From NCBI RefSeq assembly GCF_009914755.1, contig NC_060929.1: 64,000 nucleotides of DNA. The stretch is one strand, 5' to 3'. Numbering within the stretch: the first letter of the stretch is position 1; the number at the start of each line of letters is the position of its first letter. The stretch is from the human T2T-CHM13v2.0 reference genome, Homo sapiens. The notes under the pieces were generated by a model. It had not been told where the DNA came from and did not search any database. It saw only the letters and a program-made list of their open reading frames with translations. The translations under genes and the position numbers were made by a program. This document shows, piece after piece, positions 1-13,319 of this stretch.

Positions 1-454
1 CCATTTATGAGATCACATCCTATCTACAGAGGACATTCTTGCACAGCCCCGAGGCAGCACAAGGCAGGGGAGGCAGGGGGTACTGGAGCCTCTGTTTGTC
101 ACCTGCAGTGAGGACAGCTACGGCAGGAAGCTCAGCTTCTCCAATCCTCCATGTTCTCCTCTGAAAACTGGCTCGAGGCCACGTAGCAAGGTGCCCTGAG
201 GATTGCAGATGAGCGGGGAGTGTGGATTCACACTCCTCCTGCTCAGTCCCAAATCCCAACAGGCCTCAAACCCTAGGGGTGTGGCCACTCGTTCTGCAGC
301 AGGATATGATCTGGACTGAATAGAAGGCTAGTGATAATCTTCTTATATACAACTGAGCACGTGCATTTATACATTTCTCTTCAAAAATAATAATGCATTT
401 GACGACAGGGTACCGACCCAGACTCATGTATACTATCCTTTTATGCACTATCAT

Positions 455-844
455 CTCAGTCAGAGTCCTCCAGAGAAACAGAGCCAACAGGAGATAGATA
501 GAGAGAGAGAGGCTGATTTTAAGGAATTGGCTCACACAGTTGAGGGTACTGGCAAGTATACAATTTGCCAGCTGGAGACCCATGGAGGAGCTGAACCAGC
601 AGGTCAGGTCTGAAGGCAGCATTCCCTCTTCCTTGTGGGAGGTCAGTCTTTTTCTCTGAAGGCTTCCCACTGGTGGGATGAGGCCCACCCGCATTATGGG
701 GGCTAATCTGCTTTCCTCAAAGTCTCCTGACTTAAATGTTAACCTCATTTAAAATAAGATGCCCTCACAGGAATCCAGAATTGTTTGACCAGATACCTGG
801 ATATCATGGCCTAGCCAAGTTGACACGTAAAATTAACCATCACA
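455..844 (-). mobile_element. ERVL LTR, MLT2-type
   Basis: Ends in CCTAGCCAAGTTGACACGTAAAATTAACCATCACA, the reverse complement of the MLT2 LTR start as I recall it; internal GA run and 'aggaattggctcacac' are also typical. Confidence 0.75.
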
Positions 845-1604
845 ACCATATGATAAATGAAACTAGACAGTCCGAATGCTGACGCAGATCTGGGGCCACC
901 TCAAGGTTTGGGCAAGAACTGTGGGTCCCATCCAGCTGGAGCACAGTCTCTCGGGGGAGTCCTGTGAAGGGACAATTCACAGGACTTTTGTCTACCCCAG
1001 CAGAGAGCCTCTGCCAGGGTGACCGGGGTGAGTGTGGACTCATCCACAGCACAGAGTGGTCCCCGGCTGGTGCATGGATCCACATGAGAAATGAGAGGAG
1101 TTGGCTGGAGACGGGAGGGTGCAGGGGTTGGTGGGACAAGAGAGGAACAGAAGAGTCGCCTGTGATTTATGGTTCCAGCTCAAATGCCTGGTGGAGAGAG
1201 TGAGAGCAAAACATAACAGAAGATTCCAGAGGAGAAATCAAGGGAGTGATGTGAGGCTGAGGTCCTCATGGGACGTCTGGAGGCAGCTGAGTGTGTGGCC
1301 CTGTGCGTGGGGGCAAGGCTGTGATAGATGTAAAGAGAGGGGTTTAGGAGATTTCAGAATTACAGGCTGTCAATCTCCATATCGTCTCAGAGGTGGGATG
1401 GCTGAAAGAGAGCATGGAGTAAGACGTGAGGGCTGAGGGTGGGAGCCCGGGAAATCTGTAGAGCACCAAAGCAGGGTAGGACAGCCTCCAGCAGCGGGAG
1501 CAGGGAGGGCACCACGAGGGGCTGGAGAGAGGTAGGAGAACAGGGAGGCTGAGGGCTGAGAGAGAACGCAGTCATAGGCAGGAGTCGGGCACATCAGCAG
1601 CAGG

Positions 1605-2050
1605 CAAGCAGGTGGCAGGTCACAGGGCAGGCCACTGGGCTGGCCACTGGGCAGGTCACAGTGCTGGCCTCAGGGCAGGCACCGGGTAGGTCACAGTGCT
1701 GGCCTCAGGGCAGGTCACAGGGCTGGCCACTGGGCAGGTCACAGTGCTGGCCACAGGGCAGGTCACAGGACAGGTCACAGGGCAGGTCACAGGGCTGGCC
1801 ACTGGGCAGGTCACAGTGCTGGCCACAGGGCAGGTCACAGGACAGGTCACAGGGCAGGCCACAGGGCTGGCCACTGGGCAGGTCACAGTGCTGGCCACAG
1901 GGCAGGCACCGGGCAGGTCACAGGGCTGGCCACTGGGCAGTTCACAGTGCTGGTCACGGGGCAGGCCGCAGGCCAGGTGACAGGGAAAGCCCCCGGGCAG
2001 GCCACAGGGCAGGTCACGCAGCAGGCCACCAGGCAAGTTACAGGGCAGCA
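1605..2050. repeat. GC-rich minisatellite with 12-bp unit (GGGCAGGTCACA and variants) and ~72-bp higher-order period
   Basis: Directly visible; translates as [12 protein letters not shown] tetrapeptides with a six-unit super-period. Confidence 0.95.
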
Positions 2051-2309
2051 CGTGCTGACAAGGCCCATGTGAGGCACCTAGAAGAAGTAGAAACTACCGC
2101 CTTACAGGGACACATGGGGCAGGGACTGCTCTGCTATCATAGGGTGCCTGAGCAGTGAACAGGGCCTTAGGAAGATGCAGGTTCGGGGTCTTGAACAGTG
2201 TCTCTGCGGCTTGGGAGTATGCGTGTCATAGATGGCAACACCCTTATCTCCAGCAAGGCTGTTAAAAATGAAGCTAACACTCTATAGAGCTGGCATGGGC
2301 AGGTTCCCT

Positions 2310-2480
2310 TAAAATCACTTCGTGCATGTTACTCTTTAATCCTCCCAACAGCTACAGGGATTACTGCTGTCTCCACTTCTCAGATAAGGAGCAGGGGCAC
2401 AGGGAGTCTGAGTAGTCTGCCCGAGGCCAGTGGAGACCCGTGCCAGGATTGAGCACGGCCATTGGCCCCGAGTCTAATTC
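2310..2480. mobile_element. MIR SINE fragment (degenerate)
   Basis: 'tttaatcctcccaacagc...cacttctcagataaggag...ggcacaggga' resembles the MIR core. Confidence 0.5.
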
Positions 2481-2594
2481 CTAGGACACGCAGTGCTGCC
2501 GCCAGCGATAAGGCTCACTGAGATGCCACCAGCACATCCTCCCTCAGGTGTCCTGCTTCTCCTGGATGATCTCTGCTCCAAGTCCACTGGTAGC

Positions 2595-3005
2595 TCCCAG
2601 AAGATATATGTCCATTGTCCTGGGCCCTGGAACCTTTGGATATGATCATATCTTGCTGGGGGTGGGGAGGGTTTTGCAGCTGTAATTATGATTTGGAAAT
2701 GAGGATATCATCTATGGTGGGTCCTAGATCCAGTGAAAAGAGTTCTTATAAAAGACAAGAAAAACACACACAGGGGAGAAGGCTGCATGAGGGTGAGGCA
2801 GAGACTGGAGTGGTGCGGCCACAAGCCAAGGAGTGCCTGCGGCCCCCAGGAGTTGGAAGAGGCAAGGAAGGAGCCTCCCCTAGAGCCCTGAGAAAGGGCC
2901 TCGATTTCAGACTGCTGGCCTCCAGAACGGCGAGAGAATACATTTCTGTAGTTTTAAGGCACCCAGTTAGCGGTGACTGGTTATGGCAGCTCTAGGAAAC
3001 TAACA
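2595..3005 (+). mobile_element. MaLR LTR (MLT1C/D-like)
   Basis: 'gaggcagagactggagtggtgcggccacaagccaaggagtgcc...ggcctccagaac...ggttatggcagctctaggaaactaaca' matches the MLT1 3' end. Confidence 0.8.
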
Positions 3006-4122
3006 GGCTCTGATATGAAAACCACGTAGGATCTCCCAGAGCCTGCCCTGAGCTCATTCCCTGCTCACCTCAAGTCCCAAACATCACTGTTCCTGTTACC
3101 ACAGCTGGGTCCTAGAAAGTGAGGTCCCCAGAGAGTGTTTGAAGATTCTACAAGCAATGGATTGTCGACCTGGAATGTACCTCGAGGAGTCTTGAGTGTG
3201 TGAGCATCTGATGTCATGCCAGCAGAATTCAGATTTTCATGAGCCTCAGTGAGGCGGGGTCTGACAGCAGCTTACCTGCCAGCAAGAATAAGAAGTTGGT
3301 GACTGAGTCCAAGATTTGCTCAGGTTCAATATATTTCAATTTTATTTTGTATAGTACAACTTTTTCTGCCATCGCTCAAACCCATTCTCACCACCTGAAA
3401 TCATTCTTCATCGTACAGCAGAAGGAACCAGAAGCAAGTCGCCCTTCAACCAAGCCACTCGTCCAAGCCTTTCTGCTGCCGTCAGCTGCCTGCCCCCCAC
3501 ACTGGTACTCAAAAGGCGTCCAGAGCAATAACGTGGAGTGACAGCCTCCCCTCCCACCCATGACATTGCAGTTCCCCTAATGCCTTTTGAACATGCGGCA
3601 CTAGTCAACTCCAGTTGTTAACAAGGGTTAGGTGCTGGCTCCTTTCAATACCATGCTTTTTTTCCCCAGATCTTGGAGAGAGGTGTCATAATTTATTAGC
3701 ACAGCAGAGCCTTTGCATGTGACCCTGTGGCCTGGTCCAGGCTCTCTCACTTGTCTCACCACAGAATCAGTACATCCCAGAAGGTGGCTGTCCCTCCAGC
3801 CTGGGTTCTGGGTGAGAAGACATGAGTTACGCCAACCCGAGCCCAACTGAGCAGGTCCAGTTGAGCCACCGCCGGCCCCGTCCCTGTCTCCACTTCATGT
3901 CTCAAAAGCAAGACAGAAGAGATCTTGCTGCAAGCCATTGACATGTTCAGGCTGTTTGTGGTCACAGCAAAAGTTAACGAATACAAACAATTTTTTTGAA
4001 AGTCTTGTTTTTTCACGGCTTATCAGTTTTTCTTTTTCCTGGGTATACTTTTTATCCATTTCTCAGAAACCATCACAAAAAATAGGGTCATGGGCCTATG
4101 CTTGGTATCTGCTTTGCTGAAT

Positions 4123-4227
4123 TGTATATATATATGTGTGTGTGTGTGTGTATATATATACATGTATATGTGTGTGTGCATATACACACATATACACACA
4201 AACACAGATATATATATATATATATAT
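4123..4227. repeat. Compound (TA)n/(TG)n/(CA)n microsatellite
   Basis: Directly visible alternating purine-pyrimidine tract. Confidence 0.95.
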
Positions 4228-5034
4228 TCACAATAACGTCGTCCTCATCCCAGAGCTGTGTTTTCTTAATCTTCCCTCTTCTCATGCTGATCTCCAGGCT
4301 GTGGATCCCAGGGTAACACATTTCACAAGCATGCTCATCACAGAAATAATCCAGCTTTGTTTCTGAGTAAAGGTGTAAATAACACTTGTGTGACTATCGT
4401 GACTGTACCTTGACCCAAGAATTGCTTGGCCACGAAATTCTCAAAGGACTTTTACACTTAACACAGAAAGTCTTCTGATCAATCGTCTGTTCTAAGGTAC
4501 ATATTTTATCCCAGCTTCTGTAAGAATTACTGGCTTTTAGAATTCCATATTTTGCAAAAATTATATTAATTCTCATTTCTTAAGAGAGAGAATTAACATT
4601 TCCCAAAACTTGGCACTATTTATAGATGCTAAATTGGGGACTGGAATCTTTTTTTTTCTTTTTAGCTAACAGGTATTAAAGAACCATTCTATGGCAGGCA
4701 TTGTTACATGTGTTACCATCATTAATTTTAGACATCCATTTTTCCTTTTGTTATTACTTGGTGCATTGGCCTCATTCTTCTATTCTCTTCTCTCTGTGAT
4801 GGGTTCCTCTTCACAGGATGCCTCGGGGTGGAAACGGGATGACAGCCAGTGGTTTCTCCACACATGGACTTGCCAGAACCTTTCCCGAAATGCTAGGTTG
4901 GAAAACTCACAGCTGATTAATTACCGCAGTCCACGGCTTACTCCGTCGGGTGAGTCAGACACGACTCAGAAGAGTCCCCTCAGGTTGTGTCCTGTGGGAG
5001 CCTGCAGAAGCCTGACGTGCTTCTTCCCCAGCAT

Positions 5035-5170
5035 ATGTGTGTGTTTCTGAGTGTGTGTGTGCATGAATGTGTACGTGAGAGAGTGTGTGTGTGACTATGT
5101 GCATGTGTGTGAATCTGCATGTGTATGCATGTATGTTACCATGTGCCTGTATCTGTGAATATGTGTGTGT
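5035..5170. repeat. Degenerate (TG)n/(TGCA)n simple repeat
   Basis: Directly visible. Confidence 0.85.
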
Positions 5171-6479
5171 AGGGGGGTGGTGGGTAGATGGGGACTTTCA
5201 GAATGGAGACAGCCACAGCACTTGTGGGAGGAATCATCTTTGACTTTATTATTGAAATTTTTTCTTTATTCTTCAGTGAAGGTGAATGAACCTGACTTGT
5301 AGGTCCCCGGGGACATCTAGGAATCAAAGCAGGACGAAGGGCCTGTGTGTGTCCCTGGGAGAAACTCCAATGGGACCGGATCCTGACATCTGGGGCATTG
5401 AGGGCAACTTGCATCCTTGGGGTAGCAGCCAGGAAAGTGGGGAGTGTCAGGAGCATCAAGGGCATGGAATTCAGAGCCCAGAGCCAGGACCAGCACCACA
5501 GCACTTGTCCAGGCAGACCCCACATCCACCCCTTGTCCAGCCCAGGCCATCCAGGCAAAAGACCTATTGTTTGTTTGTTTTTCAGTTGTTGTGTACAGTT
5601 TTATAAATTTCCCTGATAACACAGTACAAGAATAAAAGCCTCCAGTAGTGCAGGAGGACTTATAAGAACAAGCATCCTCCACCCCAAGCTTCCCGGTCCC
5701 CCTTCTCTGAGGAGCCCTGTGAACTGTCCCCACTGTGACCTCTTCTGGTGGTCTCTGCCATCTCTCTAAGTAATGTGCTCCTGTGGGCATTACTTAACTT
5801 GTCGATTTAAGCATTGGCTATTGATGGCATGCTCTGAGATATTGAGAGTTCAACTTAATTATATTCTACCACTATACCCAATCAAGTACATCACTATTTT
5901 TTGTTTTCCTGTTGGTTCCTTTGTAATATGAAGGAATACACATTCATTTATTGTTCCATCAAGTATAACGCACATACTATGACCCTCAAATGTGTAAGAT
6001 ACTAGCCCCTACTCAATGACTCTTCAGTGCTTTATCTAAGAGGTTGCTATAAACCAACCAACAGGGCTTACCTTGCTAAGACTATGAGAATATACTTACC
6101 TACAACCAAATAGTGTGCTTGGATTACGTTTCTTTTACTGTACTGCTTGTTATTTTTCCTGAAGTTTCTAATCCCTTTTACTTTTTAAAAATTTGCCTTC
6201 TTCACATCCTTTTATTATTTTCTTCCACCTCTCCAGTGTCTGTTCTATTCAACCAAGTCCTTCTTCCCCCAAAAAACCCTTCTAGGAGTTCCCCAGGTGC
6301 CATGCCCAGCTCTGGCTGCTGTCCAGGTGACACCACCTCACCCTGGGAGACGCCTTCCTGCTGGGTGGGACCTGGCATATGGAATCCCTGTCTTCCTGTT
6401 TCTTGCTTTGCTTGCACACAAAGTTAAGTAAGTATCTGTCTGTGAAAGGATATTGATACATAAAATATTTGAATGCATA

Positions 6480-7250
6480 CACACCTGAAAAGTTTTTATT
6501 CCTGCCTCCATGTTTTATTGATAGTTTGTCTGGGTAGAGAAATCTTGGTTCGATGCCATTTTCCTTCAGAATTTGGACAATGCCACACTGTAGACTTTTA
6601 GATCCACGGCGGAGAGCAAGAGATCTTATTTCAAGCTGATGCTGGTTTTCTGAAAGAGATTTCCTGCATGCTTGCTTTTCTGAAATCCGTCAGGAACACA
6701 TCTGGGCCTACATTTCCTCATTCATAGCATTGAGAACTCAGTGGGATTTTTCAGTCTGAACACTTTCGTTCTTTAATTCTGGGAAATTCACAATGTCTTT
6801 GTATGTGATGCCTTCCACTCGATTTTCTTTTTATTGGCTATTAGTCTTGTATTGGACCTCCTACGTTGTTCCCTCAGGTCCTTTACTTTTTCACTTATAT
6901 ATTCAGTCTCTTTTGCTATTATTCTCTCCTCTGGGAGATTTCTCTATTTATATTCCAAACTTCATTGATTGTTTTTTAATTTCAGCAATTGCCTTTTATT
7001 TCAGCCATGCTTTGTTATTCTCTGATGGCTCCCTTTTCTTATAAAACCCTATTTTTGCTTAGCAGAAACAATATATCTTGAATCTCTGAGAATACAAAAT
7101 AGTGGGGTTTATTTCTTATTTACCAAAAAAGTATTCTTTTGTTCCATGTTTAGCTGTGTTTGCTTTGGCACATTTCCTTTCCTGTTTATCTAGCTTGGTC
7201 TTTCTAGCTCCTAGTATCTGTTTTCCTTATCCATTGATTCTCACCCCTTC
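6480..7250 (-). mobile_element. Ancient L1 (L1M-type) fragment
   Basis: T-rich + strand; 'gatagtttgtctgggtagagaaatcttggtt...ttttccttcagaattt' resembles antisense old L1 ORF1 region. Confidence 0.5.
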
Positions 7251-8144
7251 TCAGTTAAGTACAAAGCAGGGCAAAGCTGCCCAGGAGCTCAGTCTGTGTG
7301 GGTAGAGCTCATTAACTGGCCGGCTTCCCTTCCCTTCGCTTGGCTAGGAATGGTGGGAGGCGACCATTATGCTTCGGGGTCCCTAAATGCAAGAAGGTAG
7401 AGTGTGTTGCTTGGGAAACCAGTTTCCAGAACTACCTAAGTTATCCCCCGACATCTCATCGAATTCCTTAAGAAAATCATTCTACTTTAGGGAAAGAGGG
7501 TAGATGAGGGCATGGGGATTATTTGTGTTTGTTGTTGTTATTGTTGCTTGTATTAGAAAAAAATTCCTAGTAATATGATATTTTTCCTGGGAGCTGGAGG
7601 AGTGTTTAATCCTTAAAAACTATAGCATATGCTACAATCGTGTCAAAAACTCCTTACAGTAAGGCGCAAGGAAATTTAATCAGAGATTTCTGTGAAGCCA
7701 GCAAAACTAGCAGAATTCAAACCTAGACAAAAAAATGGTCTGACCTTCTTAGATCATGATAAAGCCTAAACTTTTACGACATCCCCGACGAGTACTAAAA
7801 CCACAAGGCTTTTCTGCATGTAAAGACTGGAGCTGAAATGAAACAGAACTCTTCAATTACTGTGCATCAGAATGGGTTTGTGGTCTCTCCTGAAATGCAC
7901 GCTCCTACTATTCATAGCTTCCTCTTACTTCAGTGTATCAGCCTTCCTCAAATTACATATGAAACTAGATAGCTTTACTTGCCGCAGTCTTAAAGGTGGA
8001 AAGTGCCTTAGTAGTCACCTGGTTTAAGTTCTAATTTTAGAGATGAGGAAACTGAAGCCCAAGGAATTTTTTTAAGTGAAATGTCAAAGTCACGCAAGCA
8101 CAAGTGGGAGATAAAAGAAGGGAGATGGGATTGGAGTGAAAATA

Positions 8145-8519
8145 CTGTGGTCTTGTCTTTGTGCTGCCATAACAAAATACCTGGGACTGGATAATTGATA
8201 AAGAACAGAAATGTATTTCTTATAGTTCTGGAGGCTGGGAGGGCCAAGAACCAGGTGCCGACAGCTCAGTATCTGGTGGAGGCTGTTCTCTGCCTCCAAG
8301 GTGGCACCCTTTTGCTGTGTCCTTCCATGGCCGAAAGGGGCAAAAGGGAAAGAAGGCTGAATCCTCATAGCAGAAGAAATGGAAGGGTAGCATGGCAAAA
8401 AGGCAGAGTCCTCATGACTTACTCACTTCCTACAAGGCCCTACCTCTCAACACTATCACAGCGGGTATTAGGTTCCAACATACACATTTTGGAGAGATGC
8501 AAACACTCAAACCATAACA
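8145..8519 (-). mobile_element. MaLR LTR (MST-type)
   Basis: 'tgctgccataacaaaatacctgggactgg...aacagaaatgtatttcttatagttctggaggctggga...caaacactcaaaccataaca'. Confidence 0.8.
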
Positions 8520-9647
8520 GGCCTGTCCCTCGTTTTGCTGGTTTGAGTTGATGTATTCTAGCTGAAGTACTGGCTGGGATGTGTTTCTGGTGTGTTAATA
8601 TATAGACATAAGTCCTGGTAGCAGAAATTTTGGGTGTTCTAAATCCCAACAGATCTTGCAGAATATCAAAATTACCTGAGAAATATAAGCTTAGCATTTC
8701 AGGTGGCCTTTTAAAGGACAAGGAAGACACCCCTGGACACATTTGCATAAATCCATTCCAACCATTATTGTCTGAATGGGCAGGTGAATTTTTGGAAGCC
8801 AAATGGTTCTTCAAGACTCCTTATGAAGCTGTCAGAGCTGATTTAGATGGCTCCTAAGAAGAGTCAGAGATTTGACGAATTGTAATGTGTTAGGAATTCT
8901 AAGAGGCCTTAGAGGTTAGCCACTCTGATGTCTTCATTTTACAGGTGAAGAACAAAATGCGTAAGTAACTCGAACAAATTTGCACAGTGAATAAATGACA
9001 GAGAACAGAACAGCCATCACTGGCTGGTTGACTGGGGCTTTCCCATCTGGGACTTTTCTACTCACTGTGCCACGTGACCCACAGGACACTGTTCCCCAGC
9101 CAGGCACATGGACCTCAGATCATGAGCATCCAGATGTGTGGTTAAATACCAGCTGACACATTCCCCAAGACTGTTCATTCCAGATACACACAGACCATTT
9201 TTCTTTTAAAAAATTGAATCACATATGGCTATATCTCTGTGTGACTACCGTGCTTATAAGGAAGACATAAGGCTGTATCCTAATTAATGATTTTTAAAAT
9301 TATTCTGGTAATGATAAACTCTTCCAAGCATTTCCTGGGATCTTAAAGATGGGAATTTTCTCAAACCAGCTGCTGTGAGAAATTATTTTCATACCATTTC
9401 CTCAGAAATCTACTTTGGATTCCAAATCTTTATATCTGCTTAATACTTTAAAGAATGTATTTCTATTCCCTTATTAACTTTCCTTTATTTGACTTGCAGT
9501 GAAATTCAGTGAAGAAACAAAAGATGATGTGTCTAGAGTTTACCTGGGAAGCTTACCTCTTCTTTGGAGTGTTTTAATGGGACTATGTAGTATACATTTA
9601 CATGGTGCATTTGTTCCACTAACAACTTTAAATTTTATTAATTTTAA

Positions 9648-9806
9648 CTAGGCATGGTGGCCTCAGTAGTCCCAGCTACTCAGGAGGGAGACAGGAGGAT
9701 TCTATGAGCTCAAGAGTCCGTGGCTGCAGTGAGCTATGATCACACCACTGCACTGCAGCCTGGGCAACGGAGCAAGACCCCTTCTCAAAAATAAAAAATA
9801 AAAAAC
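9648..9806 (+). mobile_element. Alu right-arm/monomer fragment (AluJ/FRAM-like) with A tail
   Basis: 'gtagtcccagctactcaggag...gcagtgagctatgatcacaccactgcact...agcctgggcaac' then A-rich tail. Confidence 0.85.
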
Positions 9807-9866
9807 TTATCAATTTTGAAATCAATGCACATCAGGATACAGAATCTCAATGAGAAATATTTGTTG

Positions 9867-10166
9867 GGTTTCTTTTTTTGAAATGGAGCCTCAATCTGTC
9901 GCCCAGACTGGAGTGTGCAGTGGTGTGATCTTGGCTCACTGCCACCTCCCTCCACCTCCTGGGTTCAAGTGATTCTCCTGCCTCAGCCTCCCGAGTAGCT
10001 GGGATTACAGGAGCCCCCGACCACACCTGGCTAATTTTGTATTTTTAGTAGAGATGAGGCTTCACCATGTTGGCCAGGCTGATCTCGAACTCCTGACCTC
10101 AAGTGATCCACCTACCTTGGCCTCCCAAAGTGCTGAGATTACAGGCGTGAACCACCAGGCCCAGCC
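9867..10166 (-). mobile_element. Full-length AluS
   Basis: Canonical antisense Alu; perfect 16-bp TSD TGAGAAATATTTGTTG at 9851-9866 and 10167-10182. Confidence 0.95.
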
Positions 10167-13100
10167 TGAGAAATATTTGTTGACCAAATATTTCTCAATT
10201 CCACTTGGCACACACAAATAAAGTTCCCTTTTCAACCATCTGGCGCCTGCCATTCTCTCTGTTTTAATACAGGTGGTTTTGTAGCAGGACTGTACTAGTT
10301 GAATGTGATAACCGATCTTTTGGCTGTTCCATCTGATTATTTCTGCCCAGCATTCTTAGCAAGTAACTTAATATTGGCAAAGTATTGGAAGAAAATTTCA
10401 AAATATAAGAAAAGGAGCCTTGAGAATAACAGGATCTATGGGGGGCGGGGATGTCAAATCCACGGATGTTACTTCCGAAGCCAGCAAGGCCTGCATCTCC
10501 CTGAGCAAACAGTGGGCATGCCCAGAACTGCCATCAGCCCCAACTCAAGTGCATGGTTCTCCCCTCGTTAGTGGCAGCCTTGGTGGGCCACTTTCCTCCT
10601 CTGGGCTTCTGGTCACTCACTTGCAAAATGGGGCTCTGTGACCAATGACCTGTAGGGTTTGTCCCAGTGCCAGAAGCCCATGTTTCTATGGCACAAGTGA
10701 AATAAAATTTTTCCATGGAATGTAGTTCAAAAAAAAGCCATTTGAAATGTCCCTTCTGGCTTTAGCAACAGTTTGTGTTTTTTGTTTGTTTGTTGTTGTT
10801 GTTGTTTGTTTGTTTGTTTTTTAACTGAAATCTGCACAGCTCTTTACCAATGTGCTGAATGCATTTCAGATTGTACAAAAGTTGAAAATGCTACATATCT
10901 CAGTGAGAAGCACATTAAAAATCTTTTAAAAGTGTTCATGTCAACTTCCATCTTTCATTTTCAGGGTCATATTTCATTGTGAATTGTGATGTTGACATTG
11001 AATTAGAAATACTGTTAAGTGCAAATATGCATGTACAGTTACATAATACAGGTGAATAATCTTGTTTAATTAAGTTTCATAAAATCTTGAACATGATCCA
11101 TGGGCATTTGCATCAGCACTTTGAAAATTGATGGCATGACTTATTGTTGTGGCAGAAGCACTGGTGAGCAGGGATCTCTGTAATGAGCCTGATTCCTCCT
11201 TGACAGCTCCAATTTCATAGCATGGTCCATCTCAGGAGCCCTCAGAGTTGACCATGGGACAACTGGCTGCAGAAAGACACAGCTTGATCGCGTATTTTTG
11301 CTTGCACAGGCCATACCCTGTTCCTGCGGGGGGTGAGGTGCCCTAGAGGTCAAATAGCTGTGCCCCCCCACCCCCCCCACTCCTCAGCAAGGATACTCTC
11401 ACAGAGGCATACCAGCTTCCGGGCTCCTGCCACCACACAATTCCAGTGGCTCCAGGAATGCCCATTCCACGCCAAAGGCTTCTCTGGAAAAACACAGGTT
11501 AAACCAAAGCCAGCTGTCATTTGGGTGGTGACCCGATTCAACATCACAACAAACAGGGCAGATCCAGGCAGGAGCTGCTGATGAGAAGAACAAAGACCTC
11601 AGGGAGCTGCGAGCCTTGTGCCAGCCTCCACGCCCTCTACCCCTTACAACACTTTCTGAACCCACATTGCTTTCAGCGTTCATAGGATTCTGTTTCAAAG
11701 AAGGTATGGGATCTGTACAGAAAAGAGCATTTACCTTAACATCAGCCCAGAAACCTTGGGAATGAGTCAGTCATCATAGGGCAGAGGGATGTGTGTCTCC
11801 AGGTGAAGAAATGAACAAAATGCATAGCACAGCCTAGCCTGACCATTCTGCCCACTCCAAGAACAAAGCAATAATGGTGGGGGAAGTGGGGAGCAGCCAC
11901 ACTCTGCCTCTAATAAAATGGGGAGAGGAAGTAATTAACAGATCCTGGGGATGAAATAAATAAGCCCCTCAGACACTGTAACTTCAGCTATTTGGCAGAT
12001 CTTATCCAGAAGTTTTTCTGCTCTCTCATCAGGGTGGCTTCTTTGAGGATTTCCCACGATTATGTCTGAAATGCATTCCCCTCAATATTCCAATTCCAGA
12101 GCAGTCTGACTTGACAACAACAAACAAATCAGACCAGACAAGCAGTATTGATCCAGCAGGCGTGAATTCGGAGCCACCACGTTGCTTTCTTTGTGATTAC
12201 AATACGATAATGGAATACCCACGGTGTCGCCAGCCCTGAGCAGCAACAAGGCACAAATCCTGCCTCGTGTCATCTGAACATCACAAACTTGCAACAAAAA
12301 GAAACGATGGCTCAGTCCTGTGCTGACCCTGCAAATGCAATTCGAGTCTCCTTCCCTCTTCTCCTTCCAGAGATTATAGGCACAGATCTGGCCATGGGGG
12401 TGAAAAGTGCTTCTCCTCTTCTGAAGAGATTCAACAATAAATAAATATCACAAGTAAAAGCTACTGCATTAAAATATTTTAAATGAGAGAAACAAAATCC
12501 TAGGCACCCTGGACAGAGCTCAATTAATGACTTATAGACTCCAGTCCATTTTTGGTAACACTGTTGATCTTCCCATGTGAAAACCTAACAGGAAGAAAAT
12601 GCATCTAAAAAAGCTGGGCTTTTTACGAGATTGTTCCCAGTACAGGTACCTGGAACAATTGATAAAAGACCTAAGGTGGATTTGCTTTGCTTTGAACCCT
12701 CACCCTCCTACGGAAGACCTAGATAGCCCTTCGAAAGGCATAAGTGCTCTGTAAAAGTACTCAAGAGTAAAGGCATAATAAACCGTGGCTGCAAGCAGGC
12801 ATTTGAAAGTGACAACCGAGACCTAAGGGGGAGTTTAACAATATGTTTGTGACAGATAAGTTTGAATATGCAGGATTGGAAAGATAACATTTCTCAACTG
12901 CTTCTTTAATTATAGCCTTGAAGAGGAGGTTGTCACTTCTACCTTCATTCAGGAAACTGTCTTGTGATGTCTCCATTAATTATGACTGTCTATGTATTGC
13001 CAGGGAGCTTTCCCATTCCCTGACACCACCAAGGCCTGGCAGCAGGTCTCGGGCTGGGGCAGAGCCTCGTTTCCTGGTTAGTGGTCAGTGCAGCTCTCCA

Positions 13101-13319
13101 AAACAGGACTGAGGTCAGCAGATCATCTGATCAGGCTCACGTAGCTCCACCTCTTGCCTTTGGTTAGGTGCCCCATCATCTGGGGTACCACGGCCACTCC
13201 TGTAGCACTGGCCATCCAGACACCAGACACTAACATCTGTCATGTCATCACTGAACAAGAGCTCTCTGCCTTACTGATGTTTTCGTTATCTGTTGGCAAA
13301 AAAATAAATTCAGGGGACA

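Noticed and set aside
1656-2158. Repetitive ORFs (CPVT/GQVT/GRSQ repeats)
   Set aside because: Translations of the 12-bp minisatellite, open in several frames on both strands; no splice or promoter support
9069-9078. GCCACGTGAC, a CLEAR/E-box-like site that is tempting given a lysosome-related gene
   Set aside because: Single motif ~45 kb from the promoter; expected by chance
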